In this document: piece after piece, positions 27,297-36,169 of the stretch
Numbering within the stretch: position 1 is the stretch's first letter
Layout: each line of letters starts with the position of its first letter
Sequence record: NZ_CP011600.1
DNA length: 64,000 nucleotides
Origin: a plasmid
Direction: 5' to 3' (one strand)
Translations under genes and position numbers: made by a program
Notes under the pieces: generated by a model
The model's database searches: none
What the model saw: the letters and a program-made list of their open reading frames with translations, nothing else
Told to the model about the DNA's origin: nothing

Positions 27297-27303
27297 GTCT
27301 TAC

Positions 27304-27345
27304 ACCCCTTGTAATTACAAATGTCATTACAAGTATCGCACTACA
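27304..27345. promoter_or_regulatory. relBE operator-like repeats (TTGTAATTACAA / ATGTCATTACAAG)
   Basis: Palindromic TTGTAAT/ATTACAA repeats immediately upstream of relB. Confidence 0.4.
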
Positions 27346-27534
27346 ACATGCTTAGGGCAAGTCACGAAGTAAGTCAGAAAGTAGTCGTAAGAACGGTGAT
27401 CACTGTCCGCTTTGTGCCAGAAGTGGACGGCAGGATTTGTTGAACATTTCAGACAAAACCAAACTCAAAACAACTATTGAAATCAAGCCAGCATAGCGGA
27501 TACATTACGCACGTTGTTACTTTGTATCATCAGG

Positions 27535-27912
27535 ATGCCGTTAACTGTGTTTATCAGCCGTGAAGTCATTTCCAGAATCGTGCTTATCATCATGGCTGTT
27601 GCCGTGCTGAGCAGTTCGTTTATGGCAAAGCCACAGGCTGCATACAGCGTTCAGGAAACAACGTCCATCAGTGACCATCAACACGACAGCGATGAACCAC
27701 TGAATGAGCACGATCCATTGTTGTTTCACTCCCACGGTAGCGTGCATCACCTCAATGCCGATCATTCCCACGATCTGAATAAACTCTTTGCTCTGCCTAC
27801 TCTGCACGCATGGAATCCGGGCATGCGGGTGATATATGCGTTGAGTTCAGAACAAATACTGCAAATGCCGCAGTCCACCCCCGAACGCCCTCCGAGAATC
27901 CTGTCTGCGTAA
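27535..27912 (+). CDS. secreted His-rich protein (paralog of 32084..32455)
   Basis: Signal/TM segment then HQHDSDEPLNEHDPLLFHSHGSVHHLNADHSHD. ATG at 27535. The track start 27514 is TTG. Confidence 0.45.
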   Translation: MPLTVFISREVISRIVLIIMAVAVLSSSFMAKPQAAYSVQETTSISDHQHDSDEPLNEHDPLLFHSHGSVHHLNADHSHDLNKLFALPTLHAWNPGMRVIYALSSEQILQMPQSTPERPPRILSA

Positions 27913-27955
27913 TAACTTCTGCTAATTCGTTATTATTCAACATGTAAGGATTTTT

Positions 27956-28693
27956 ATGTATACCAGCCTTGATACACAGGGCCGGTTGAGCGCTCGCCTG
28001 CTTTCAGCTCAGGCGCGTTCGGCTTGTCTGTTTTTCCTGTTGTTACTGCTTTTCTACAGCCAGGGCGCGTATGCGCACGGCGTGGCGGAAGGCGACAAAG
28101 GGTACATCCAGGAAATCACCGGGGTGAACATCATCCCGTTTATCTACCTTGGCGCGAAGCACATGGTGACCGGTTACGATCATCTGCTGTTTCTGTTCGG
28201 GGTGATTTTCTTTCTCTACAAAATGCGTGATATCGGGCTGTACGTTAGCCTGTTCGCTATCGGGCATTCAACGACGCTGCTCATCGGCACCTTCTTTGAT
28301 ATCAGCGTCAGTGCTTACCTTATTGACGCCATTATCGGGCTGTCCGTGGTCTATAAAGCGCTTGATAACCTCGGGGCATTCCAGCGCTGGTTTGGCGTTC
28401 AGCCCAACACGAAGCTTGCGACGCTCATCTTTGGATTCTTCCACGGTTTTGGTCTGGCAACCAAAATCCAGGAATTCGAAATCTCTCCCGATGGCCTGTT
28501 TGTCAACCTGATTGCCTTCAACATTGGCGTTGAGATCGGCCAGCTGCTCGCGCTGAGCGCCATCCTGATCGTTATGAGCTACTGGCGGCAAACGGCGAGC
28601 TTTTTCCGACACGCTTATACCGCCAATGTGGTGATGATGAGCGCGGGATTTCTGTTAATGAGTTACCAGCTTTGTGGCTACATTTTAGCCTGA
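27956..28693 (+). CDS. HupE/UreJ-family Ni/Co transporter-like membrane protein
   Basis: HupE/UreJ signature HMVTGYDHLLF plus second motif FGFFHGFG. Six predicted TM segments. Confidence 0.65.
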   Translation: MYTSLDTQGRLSARLLSAQARSACLFFLLLLLFYSQGAYAHGVAEGDKGYIQEITGVNIIPFIYLGAKHMVTGYDHLLFLFGVIFFLYKMRDIGLYVSLFAIGHSTTLLIGTFFDISVSAYLIDAIIGLSVVYKALDNLGAFQRWFGVQPNTKLATLIFGFFHGFGLATKIQEFEISPDGLFVNLIAFNIGVEIGQLLALSAILIVMSYWRQTASFFRHAYTANVVMMSAGFLLMSYQLCGYILA

Positions 28694-28706
28694 GGGAGAC
28701 AAAACA

Positions 28707-29396
28707 ATGTACAACACTGATTTACCAACACGCGCAGAATTACCTTCTGCCATCAAACTGATGCAGTCCACTATCCTCGCCGCCATCGTGGCGCTGACGC
28801 TGCTGATCACCGTCGTCATGCCTTCGGAATACGGCATTGATCCTACTGGCGTGGGTCGTTTACTGGGGCTTAAGCAGATGGGAGAAATCAAAACGCAGCT
28901 TGCCGAAGAAGCTGATGCCGATAATCAGGCCAGCGCTGTTCAGCAAGGACAGCTGGCTGCGCCAGTTAATGAGCGACCGATCCCGGATAATCCTCCGGCA
29001 ATAACGCAGAACACCTACCCGGAGCTGAGCGTTCCGGCGACCACGCGCGCGCCGGAAGTACCATCGGCTGGCTCGCAACGTCATCAGATGCTCATCACCC
29101 TGAAGCCTAACGAAGCTGCTGAAGTTAAACTGGAAATGCGCAAAGATGCCCGCGTGACCTATCAGTGGACAAGTTCCGGACCGGTAAACGTGGATGCGCA
29201 CGGCGATCCGGTCAACGCCCCGAAAGGCTTCTACCATGGCTATGGTAAAGCCCGGCAGATCACATCCGGAGACGGCGTTTTACAGGCCGCGTTCGAGGGT
29301 AAACATGGCTGGTTCTGGCGAAATCGTGGTTCTGAGACCATCACGATCCAGCTTGATACAACCGGCGACTACCTGAACATCAAACGGGTTATCTGA
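28707..29396 (+). CDS. membrane-anchored periplasmic protein, unknown function
   Basis: 229 aa, N-terminal TM, co-directional and adjacent to the HupE/UreJ gene. Confidence 0.45.
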   Translation: MYNTDLPTRAELPSAIKLMQSTILAAIVALTLLITVVMPSEYGIDPTGVGRLLGLKQMGEIKTQLAEEADADNQASAVQQGQLAAPVNERPIPDNPPAITQNTYPELSVPATTRAPEVPSAGSQRHQMLITLKPNEAAEVKLEMRKDARVTYQWTSSGPVNVDAHGDPVNAPKGFYHGYGKARQITSGDGVLQAAFEGKHGWFWRNRGSETITIQLDTTGDYLNIKRVI

Positions 29397-29401
29397 TAAA
29401 T

Positions 29402-29428
29402 CAGGGGCAGGATAACCTGCCCCTTTTC
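29402..29428 (+). terminator. rho-independent terminator (CAGGGGCAGGATAACCTGCCCCTTTT)
   Basis: Perfect hairpin followed by a T-run, between convergent genes. Confidence 0.6.
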
Positions 29429-30806
29429 ACACAGCTGACAGCCCGGTCAGGCGGAGTATCAGCCCGGCGAGAGCCGCCATGGCAATAACGTGCGTAACCT
29501 TCCATTTTAATCTGAAAAGCGCAAACGCAGCGGCGACGGCAATCAGGGCGGCAGGGATATCGATCCCTCCCTTTGCGCCTTCCGGCCATACGGTATGCCA
29601 GATAAAAAACAGCCCCAGATTAACAATGACGCCCACTACGGCCGCTGTGATGGCGGTTAAAGGTGCCGTGAAACCCGCCTTGTTGTGGGTCGTTTCGATA
29701 AACGGCCCGCCTGCCAGCACGAAAATGAAGGACGGGAGAAAGGTAAACCAGGTCACCATGCAGGCGGCAACGGCGCCGCCGACAAACAGCATATCCGCGC
29801 CAAAAACGGCATGGGTATACCCGCCCACAAATCCGACAAACGTGACCACCATAATCAGCGGGCCGGGCGTGGTTTCTCCCAGCGCCAGCCCGTCCATCAT
29901 CTGCCCGGCAGTCAGCCAGCCAAAATTGACGACAGCACCCTGATAAACGTATGGCAGGACGGCGTAGGCCCCACCGAAGGTAAGGAGCGCAGCCTTGGTA
30001 AAGAACCAGCCCATCTGCGTCACCGGATGCGCCCAGCCCAGCCCCAGCGTCAGCACCGTCATGGGAATAAGCCAGAGCAGTGCACCCGCTGCCACAATCC
30101 TTAACAGTTTCGCCCAGCTGAACAGGGCATGCGCCGGTACGGGCGTATGATCGTCAATAACCGCAGCATCAACGGCGGCTTTCTCCTGTTTGTTATGCCC
30201 GCTGCCGCTGTGAAATTTTTCCGGCGCGATGCGTCCGCCGATAAAGCCAGTTATCGCTGCTGAAATAACGATGACGGGAAAAGGAACGTTCAGGGCGAAA
30301 ACGGCCACAAAAGCCGCAGCAGCTATGGCCCAGTGGGCACCGTGTTTCAGCGCACGGGAGCCGATGCGATGCGCCGCCTGCAGCACGATTGCCGCCACGG
30401 CGGGTTTAATGCCGTAAAAGATACCGGCAATAATGGCAACGTCTCCCCAGGCGATATAGATCCACGACAACGCGATAAGAATAAAAAGTGAGGGAAGGAT
30501 AAATAACAAACCCGCTATCACTCCGCCCAAGGTCCTGTGCATCAGCCAGCCAATGTAGGTGGCAAGTTGCTGAGCTTCCGGACCGGGCAGCACCATACAG
30601 AAATTGAGTGCGTGGAGAAAACGGGACTCGGAAATCCAGCGCCGGTTCTCGACCAGTTCCTGATGCATGATCGCAATCTGTCCGGCAGGACCGCCAAAGC
30701 TGATAAAACCCAGCTTCATCCAGAACCAGAACGCCTCCTTCAGGGGGACCGGCTTGGGCTTAACGTTTTCCTCTGCCAGCGTCAGCAACTCCGTTTTGTT
30801 CATCAT
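29427..30806 (-). CDS. chrA: ChrA chromate efflux transporter (CHR family, two-domain long form)
   Basis: 459 aa. N-terminal WFWMKLGFISFGGPAGQIAIMHQELVENRRWISE motif typical of ChrA. Duplicated CHR domains. Confidence 0.85.
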   Translation of the reverse strand: MMNKTELLTLAEENVKPKPVPLKEAFWFWMKLGFISFGGPAGQIAIMHQELVENRRWISESRFLHALNFCMVLPGPEAQQLATYIGWLMHRTLGGVIAGLLFILPSLFILIALSWIYIAWGDVAIIAGIFYGIKPAVAAIVLQAAHRIGSRALKHGAHWAIAAAAFVAVFALNVPFPVIVISAAITGFIGGRIAPEKFHSGSGHNKQEKAAVDAAVIDDHTPVPAHALFSWAKLLRIVAAGALLWLIPMTVLTLGLGWAHPVTQMGWFFTKAALLTFGGAYAVLPYVYQGAVVNFGWLTAGQMMDGLALGETTPGPLIMVVTFVGFVGGYTHAVFGADMLFVGGAVAACMVTWFTFLPSFIFVLAGGPFIETTHNKAGFTAPLTAITAAVVGVIVNLGLFFIWHTVWPEGAKGGIDIPAALIAVAAAFALFRLKWKVTHVIAMAALAGLILRLTGLSAV

Positions 30807-31737
30807 GGCCGGACCTCATTTCAAACGTCGTTAACAGACCGTCAAACAGCGAACAGGCCGCTGTGAGTAATGTGTCATCATCCGTAATGCTTTCACGCAA
30901 TCCTGCCAGTACACTTTCAACGCCAGCGGCTTCGGGGGGCTGAACCCCGCCAACATCAAGGTAATGCACAAGCATCCCCAGACCATTCAGGGCATCCCCC
31001 GTCAGCCCGAAGCGGACCATCAGCACTTCAAAGGTCACACGATTGTCGATGTGGCTGAAGGTCGCGCCATCAAAATCAAACCCCACCGCCTCTTCCGGGC
31101 AATCGTTGCCATCCTTAAGCCAGAGAAACTGCGCATCCTGGTCGATAAAACGCCGTATAAGCCAGGCGCTGGCAAGCCTGTCAATCCATGGCCGGCGACG
31201 CGTAGCCCAGATCCTGTTATGAAAATCCTCAGGCTTCAGCCGTGTCAGCAAGCCACTGACGGCATGAGGCTCTCCGGGAGAGATGAACCTGTTAATGCCA
31301 GCTTCCAGTTCTGACAAGGCAAAAATGGCCTGCGCCTGCGCTTCACCAGGAAAGAAATCAATCGCCACAATCCGATCCAGCTCGCGACGAAGTTTTCTTA
31401 CCATCTTCAGTTGGCTGACCGCGGTTTCCTCATTAAGGTCGTTTTTACAAACCTGAAGGCTCTCCATCAGGATCAGGTACTGCTGAGAGCGATCGAATAA
31501 CGGGCGAATTTTCTCTTCGTCGGAAGTCTCTGCGTCAAAAACAAAGGCCGTTCCTCCCTCACCGCTGATTTCACGACTCATCTCGTTAAAAATCTCATGG
31601 CTCTGTTGCGCTTCAGGCAACAGATAAACGCCGTCGCGCAGCATGGCGGCACCGGTATTTTTTAATGCCCGCCAGACACGCATACGTAATGTGGCCTGCT
31701 CAGTGGGCAGTGTCAGAATAAGGATATGTAGTTTCAT
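30760..31737 (-). CDS. chrB: ChrB chromate resistance regulatory protein
   Basis: 325 aa, upstream of and overlapping chrA. ChrB-like N-terminal region and C-terminal rhodanese-like domain by family recall. Confidence 0.7.
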   Translation of the reverse strand: MKLHILILTLPTEQATLRMRVWRALKNTGAAMLRDGVYLLPEAQQSHEIFNEMSREISGEGGTAFVFDAETSDEEKIRPLFDRSQQYLILMESLQVCKNDLNEETAVSQLKMVRKLRRELDRIVAIDFFPGEAQAQAIFALSELEAGINRFISPGEPHAVSGLLTRLKPEDFHNRIWATRRRPWIDRLASAWLIRRFIDQDAQFLWLKDGNDCPEEAVGFDFDGATFSHIDNRVTFEVLMVRFGLTGDALNGLGMLVHYLDVGGVQPPEAAGVESVLAGLRESITDDDTLLTAACSLFDGLLTTFEMRSGHDEQNGVADAGRGKR

Positions 31738-31766
31738 AGTGTAGAGATTAATACATATGGTAGAGA

Positions 31767-31960
31767 TTGCTACATATTTTCAGTCTTTCTAACCGTACAT
31801 ATCGCTATCTTTTTATGGTGCTCATAATTGCTCTTATCGGTACCGGTCTTGCTACCGTTGCACTGGGCCTGCTGGCGGGCGACAGGGCAGGGGGAGTCGG
31901 GAACGGCGCTGGCAATGAAGATGCTTGCTTATATTCTGGTCGCCCCGGTCGCTGATGCAT
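31767..31960 (+). pseudogene. truncated/frameshifted duplicate of the N-terminus of the MFS transporter gene at 34484
   Basis: NRTYRYLFMVLIIALIGTGLATVALGLLAGDRAGG matches NRTYRHLFMAQVIALIGTGLATVALGLLAYDLAGDRAG. The next helix (AMKMLAYILVAPVA) appears in a different frame (31828..). No full ORF follows. Confidence 0.5.
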
Positions 31961-32035
31961 TATGCGGGCCTTTTTATTCATATCGCCAATACAAGACTTT
32001 ACATTCCAGCCCTTACATCCTCCCCGGGGGGATGC

Positions 32036-32054
32036 TAATCTTTTTATACCGTTG
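32036..32054. promoter_or_regulatory. G/C-tract palindrome CATCCTCCCCGGGGGGATG (RcnR/CsoR-type operator candidate)
   Basis: 30 bp upstream of the His-rich ORF at 32084. Same family as the palindromes at 34441, 37375 and 37434. Confidence 0.5.
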
Positions 32055-32083
32055 TCATTGTCTATTGAGGAAAGCAATCAGCG

Positions 32084-32455
32084 ATGTACCCGATGTTTAA
32101 ACGTTCGCCCCGTTATGTTCTGATGATCGTCATCATGGCCATTGGCATGATGATGTCGTCGATGGTGACGTTTGCGTCGCACGGTACAAACGGCCTGACA
32201 GGCTACGAGATGAATCTGCATGACGCAGAAGTCACCATGTCAATGCAGGATCACTCTCACGATTCGGATATCCCTCAGTCTGGCCACGCAGGCCATCATC
32301 AGACAGACCATTTCCATGAAACCCCTGAGCAGCCGCCCTCTGTAGAGATTTCCCTCTCTCCTGTAACAGACAGATGGTTGCCGCTTGCCGATCTTCGTAG
32401 CCCGGTTAAGGCCACGGACATCATTTACCGTCCTCCCAGCATCCGCCAGATCTGA
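32084..32455 (+). CDS. secreted His-rich protein (paralog of 27535..27912)
   Basis: TM/signal then MSMQDHSHDSDIPQSGHAGHHQTDHFHE. Same architecture as the 27535 ORF. Confidence 0.5.
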   Translation: MYPMFKRSPRYVLMIVIMAIGMMMSSMVTFASHGTNGLTGYEMNLHDAEVTMSMQDHSHDSDIPQSGHAGHHQTDHFHETPEQPPSVEISLSPVTDRWLPLADLRSPVKATDIIYRPPSIRQI

Positions 32456-32517
32456 TCGCTGTTACCGGCAGTTTTTGCTGCCCGGCTTTAATCAACTTCA
32501 GATTTAGCGGAGAGGCT

Positions 32518-33438
32518 ATGTATAAAGACTCTATCCAGGCGCGTCGAGAGATTGCGCGTAATTTCACTGCACTCAATTATCGTGTTGATCCCCTGCACTG
32601 GCAGACGCTCTGCATGGGCGTTAATCGCGACCTTCAGGCCAAAAAAATGCGTCCGAATGTCCCGGTTCCTTCACGGCGTAAAGTCATTCCGTTCCTGAAA
32701 ATGATGCATCAGGAAACGGGCTCGATGCTCAAAGCGATCCTTGCCTTTGGCTTTGATGGCCCCTGGACATCCAGCGGCGGTTCATTTCGCCTGGCGCGAG
32801 AAATTGGGTTCGACATCGCCCACTATGCGAAAAACATTCACCACAAAAACGGGAAAGTCACCTTCCTGGAAATTGGTGCCGCCTGGGCGGGTTTTCGCGC
32901 TGAGGAATGTGCCGGCCATCAGGCGACGATTTCCGGGCTTTCCGGGGAGTTCAGGGAGCAACTTGGGGAAAGCGTATTCCTGCACTTCACTAATCTCACA
33001 CCGTGGCATGCATCGCTGCCAAAAGGCGTGACTGAGCATCCTTACGTGACAGCAGCCGGGCTGGGAGCGCTGGAAAACAGAGGTGTTCAGGCAGGTGAGG
33101 TCGATATTATCTACTCCCAGGCAGCGGCCTATTTCGAACAGGATTACACGGCTTTCCTTCGCAGCGCTGCACGCCTGCTGAAAGAGGATGGCGTCCTGAT
33201 CTTCAACCATGACCCTGTTCTGGCGAGCGCGATGGATGAAGTCGCCTGGGAGCACGGACTGCGGCTGGTCAGACGTAAGCAAATGGGAGGAATGAATGGC
33301 GCGATTGCCCGTTATCACCGGCTTCGTTCGTCCCCGGTAAGTCAGATGGTCTTCCCCGGCGTAAAGCGGGCAGAGGATGAAGAAGTGGTCTGTGAATCAC
33401 TGGTTATGTCGGCGCTTCGTCGCAACGTAGAGGTGTAA
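32518..33438 (+). CDS. hypothetical protein with class-I methyltransferase-like fold motifs
   Basis: RBS GGAGAGG. Motifs VTFLEIGAAWAGF ... DIIYS ... LLKEDGVLIFNH resemble MTase motifs I, II and post-II. Assignment tentative. Confidence 0.4.
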   Translation: MYKDSIQARREIARNFTALNYRVDPLHWQTLCMGVNRDLQAKKMRPNVPVPSRRKVIPFLKMMHQETGSMLKAILAFGFDGPWTSSGGSFRLAREIGFDIAHYAKNIHHKNGKVTFLEIGAAWAGFRAEECAGHQATISGLSGEFREQLGESVFLHFTNLTPWHASLPKGVTEHPYVTAAGLGALENRGVQAGEVDIIYSQAAAYFEQDYTAFLRSAARLLKEDGVLIFNHDPVLASAMDEVAWEHGLRLVRRKQMGGMNGAIARYHRLRSSPVSQMVFPGVKRAEDEEVVCESLVMSALRRNVEV

Positions 33439-33446
33439 CGCCCGAT

Positions 33447-34250
33447 ATGTTGACGCGCAGACATTTTCTCACCACCACAGGAGCGTTGCTGATGACAACA
33501 TTACTGCCGGGGGAAACCCTGGCAGCCTCTCTGGCTGAAAAAGTCAGTGAAACATGGCAAAAAATAAACACCCGCCGCAATCAACAAGAGGCGATAACGC
33601 CGGGCTGGGTTTTGCAGTCGCTCGGGCTTAAACCTGGCTCAACTGAACTGCGAAGAGCCATTTTTGAGCTGGTCAGGCGGATACCCTATCAGCTCGGTGC
33701 ATGGAATGGCGAAAGCATGAGTCTGTTTCAGCAGGGCTTTGGCGACTGCCGTCATAAAGCCGCTGCTGCCGAACGACTGCTGACCGATGGTGGCATTACG
33801 GCAAAGCGAAAGCTGGTGCGGTTTGACTGGGCTGATTTGCCTGTACCTGCGGATATTCTGGCAATTTTGCCGCAAACACAGGGATTTCATGACACTGTGG
33901 CTTTTGAGCTACAGGGCAAAACATACCTGTTTGATGCCACCTGGGATATGGCCTTGCGCGGAGCGGGTTTCCCGGTGATGCCTTCCTGGGATGGCAACTC
34001 TGATACCTGGCCGGTGACTTCCCGGATGTCGACGCAGCAAACCGTACTAATGCCGCAGCCAGGGCAGGACATTTACAGCACTAACCAGATGAGCTGGCCG
34101 CAGCGCGAGAAAACCATGGCGTTTAATCAGGCACTGAATAACTGGCTGGAGGTCATTCGGGCTAACCGTGATGACTGGTGCACCATTATCCATAGTGATA
34201 TTGAAGCCACCCGGTTGAGCCTGAAAACCTGTCTGGGACAACTGAGTTAA
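33447..34250 (+). CDS. Tat-exported transglutaminase-like (Cys-His-Asp) protein
   Basis: Twin-arginine signal RRHFLTTTGALL. Core GFGDCRHKAAAAERLL resembles the transglutaminase-like catalytic Cys region. Confidence 0.45.
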   Translation: MLTRRHFLTTTGALLMTTLLPGETLAASLAEKVSETWQKINTRRNQQEAITPGWVLQSLGLKPGSTELRRAIFELVRRIPYQLGAWNGESMSLFQQGFGDCRHKAAAAERLLTDGGITAKRKLVRFDWADLPVPADILAILPQTQGFHDTVAFELQGKTYLFDATWDMALRGAGFPVMPSWDGNSDTWPVTSRMSTQQTVLMPQPGQDIYSTNQMSWPQREKTMAFNQALNNWLEVIRANRDDWCTIIHSDIEATRLSLKTCLGQLS

Positions 34251-34440
34251 TTCCCTTCTCGTCAGGAGGGGCTGCGCAGGGAAGCGGCGATAACACCTTC
34301 GACACTTTTTATGCTGCTTCAGGTATAACGCTGGGATACCTGAAGCTTTTTTATTTAACATCCAAGATAACAGACGAATCAGTATCCTCCTCACCCGGAT
34401 AAAGCTTGTCATTTTTTTCAGGTCCCTCTATGCTTTGAAT

Positions 34441-34457
34441 ATCCCCCTGGGGGGGAT
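34441..34457. promoter_or_regulatory. G/C-tract palindrome ATCCCCCTGGGGGGGAT (RcnR-type operator candidate) overlapping a TTGAAT -35-like hexamer
   Basis: 27 bp upstream of the MFS ATG at 34484. Confidence 0.5.
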
Positions 34458-34483
34458 GTGATTTCAAACCAAGAGATTTCCTG

Positions 34484-35782
34484 ATGCTCAACATTCTTTC
34501 TAATCGTACCTATCGCCACCTGTTTATGGCACAGGTTATCGCCCTTATTGGCACCGGTCTGGCGACCGTTGCGTTAGGGTTACTGGCCTACGATCTCGCA
34601 GGTGACAGAGCCGGGGCAGTGCTGGGTACCGCGCTGGCTATCAAAATGAGCGCCTATATTCTTGTTGCGCCCGTGGCGGCGGCTTTTGCCGATAAATTCC
34701 CGCGTCGCACCATGCTGGTAACACTGGACCTGGTTCGCGCTCTCGTGGCTATCACGCTGCCTTTTGTCACCCAGATATGGGAAATCTACATCCTGATCTT
34801 CATTCTTCAGGCTGCCTCGGCGGCGTTTACGCCTACTTTCCAGGCAACTATCCCGGATATTCTTCCTGACGAACGTGAATATACCCGGGCGCTGTCTCTG
34901 TCACGTCTGGCCTACGATCTTGAAAGCGTCATCAGCCCTATGCTGGCGGCTGCACTGCTGACGGTCATGAGTTTCCACAACCTGTTTGCCGGTACGGCAG
35001 TCGGGTTCCTTGCTTCAGCAGCTCTGGTTGTTTCCGTGACACTGCCGAAGATGAAAGCGTTAACGGTCAAACGCAGCATCTATGACAAAACTACACGAGG
35101 TATGCGCATCTTCCTGAAAACGCCCAGACTGCGCGGCCTGCTGGCACTCAACATGGCCGTAGCGGCAGCGAGTGCAATGGTTATCGTCAACACCGTCGTT
35201 CTGGTTCAGGCGGACTTTGGTTTCTCACAGCGGTCTACCGCTATTGCGCTGGCCTTCTTCGGCGTGGGGTCCATGGTATCGGCCCTGGTTCTCCCCAGAC
35301 TCCTCGACAACATGAGCGACCGTATGCCGATGCTTGCAGGTACGGCGCTTTTAGTCATTGGCCTGGGGTCAGGCATTTTCCTGAAGGATTACATCACGCT
35401 GGTTGTGCTCTGGGCACTGCTGGGGGTGGGCTATTCACTTTCTCAGACACCGGGTGGTCGCCTGCTGCGCCGTTCGTCAACAGCGGAAGACAGACCGGCG
35501 CTGTTTGCCGCCCAGTTTGCACTGTCACATTCATGCTGGCTGGTGACTTATCCGCTGGCCGGATGGGTTGGTGCGGCATGGGGGACACAGGCTTCATTCA
35601 TCGCCCTGACTGTTGTGGCAACATTGTCGCTGGTCACCGCCGTACTTATCTGGCGTCCTGAGCATGAAGTGTACGCTCAGGTTCACAGCCACAAAGACCC
35701 GGAAACAAACAACGAATCGACCCATGAGCATGATTTCGTCATTGACGATGAACATCCGTCCTGGCCGAAGAAAGAGAAGTAA
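34484..35782 (+). CDS. MFS transporter with His-rich C-terminal tail
   Basis: 432 aa, 12 predicted TM segments. C-terminus HSHKDPETNNESTHEHDFVIDDEH. Confidence 0.7.
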   Translation: MLNILSNRTYRHLFMAQVIALIGTGLATVALGLLAYDLAGDRAGAVLGTALAIKMSAYILVAPVAAAFADKFPRRTMLVTLDLVRALVAITLPFVTQIWEIYILIFILQAASAAFTPTFQATIPDILPDEREYTRALSLSRLAYDLESVISPMLAAALLTVMSFHNLFAGTAVGFLASAALVVSVTLPKMKALTVKRSIYDKTTRGMRIFLKTPRLRGLLALNMAVAAASAMVIVNTVVLVQADFGFSQRSTAIALAFFGVGSMVSALVLPRLLDNMSDRMPMLAGTALLVIGLGSGIFLKDYITLVVLWALLGVGYSLSQTPGGRLLRRSSTAEDRPALFAAQFALSHSCWLVTYPLAGWVGAAWGTQASFIALTVVATLSLVTAVLIWRPEHEVYAQVHSHKDPETNNESTHEHDFVIDDEHPSWPKKEK

Positions 35783-35887
35783 TTTCCCAAAAAAAGACAA
35801 CGTATCAGGAGAGGATAAGCCGATAAAAAGTGTGACCATGGCGTTGATACACATTATCTTATCCCTTCCACCTGGAGAGGATAAACC

Positions 35888-36157
35888 ATGACCGTTCATG
35901 CATCACACCCTGACATTATTAAAAGACTTAAACGTGCCGCAGGGCACCTGAAAAGTACCATCCAGATGCTCGAAGATGAGAAAGCATGTCTGGATATCGC
36001 CCAGCAACTGCACGCTGTGGAAAAGGCGATAACGAATGCGAAGCGTACCTTAATTCATGACCATCTGGATCACTGCCTGGAGGATGCCCTTCATGCTGAC
36101 CACACGGAGTCTGATAAGACGCTTAGCGAATTTAAAGAGATAACTAAATATCTTTAA
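35888..36157 (+). CDS. rcnR: RcnR/FrmR/CsoR-family metal-responsive repressor
   Basis: 89 aa. Conserved H-C-H-H fingerprint (His3..., Cys34, His59/His63 region) and overall similarity to E. coli RcnR (..LKSTIQMLEDEKACLDIAQQLHAV..). Imperfect palindrome TTATCCCTTCCACCTGGAGAGGATAA overlaps its RBS. Confidence 0.75.
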   Translation: MTVHASHPDIIKRLKRAAGHLKSTIQMLEDEKACLDIAQQLHAVEKAITNAKRTLIHDHLDHCLEDALHADHTESDKTLSEFKEITKYL

Positions 36158-36169
36158 GGCAAGCGAAAC

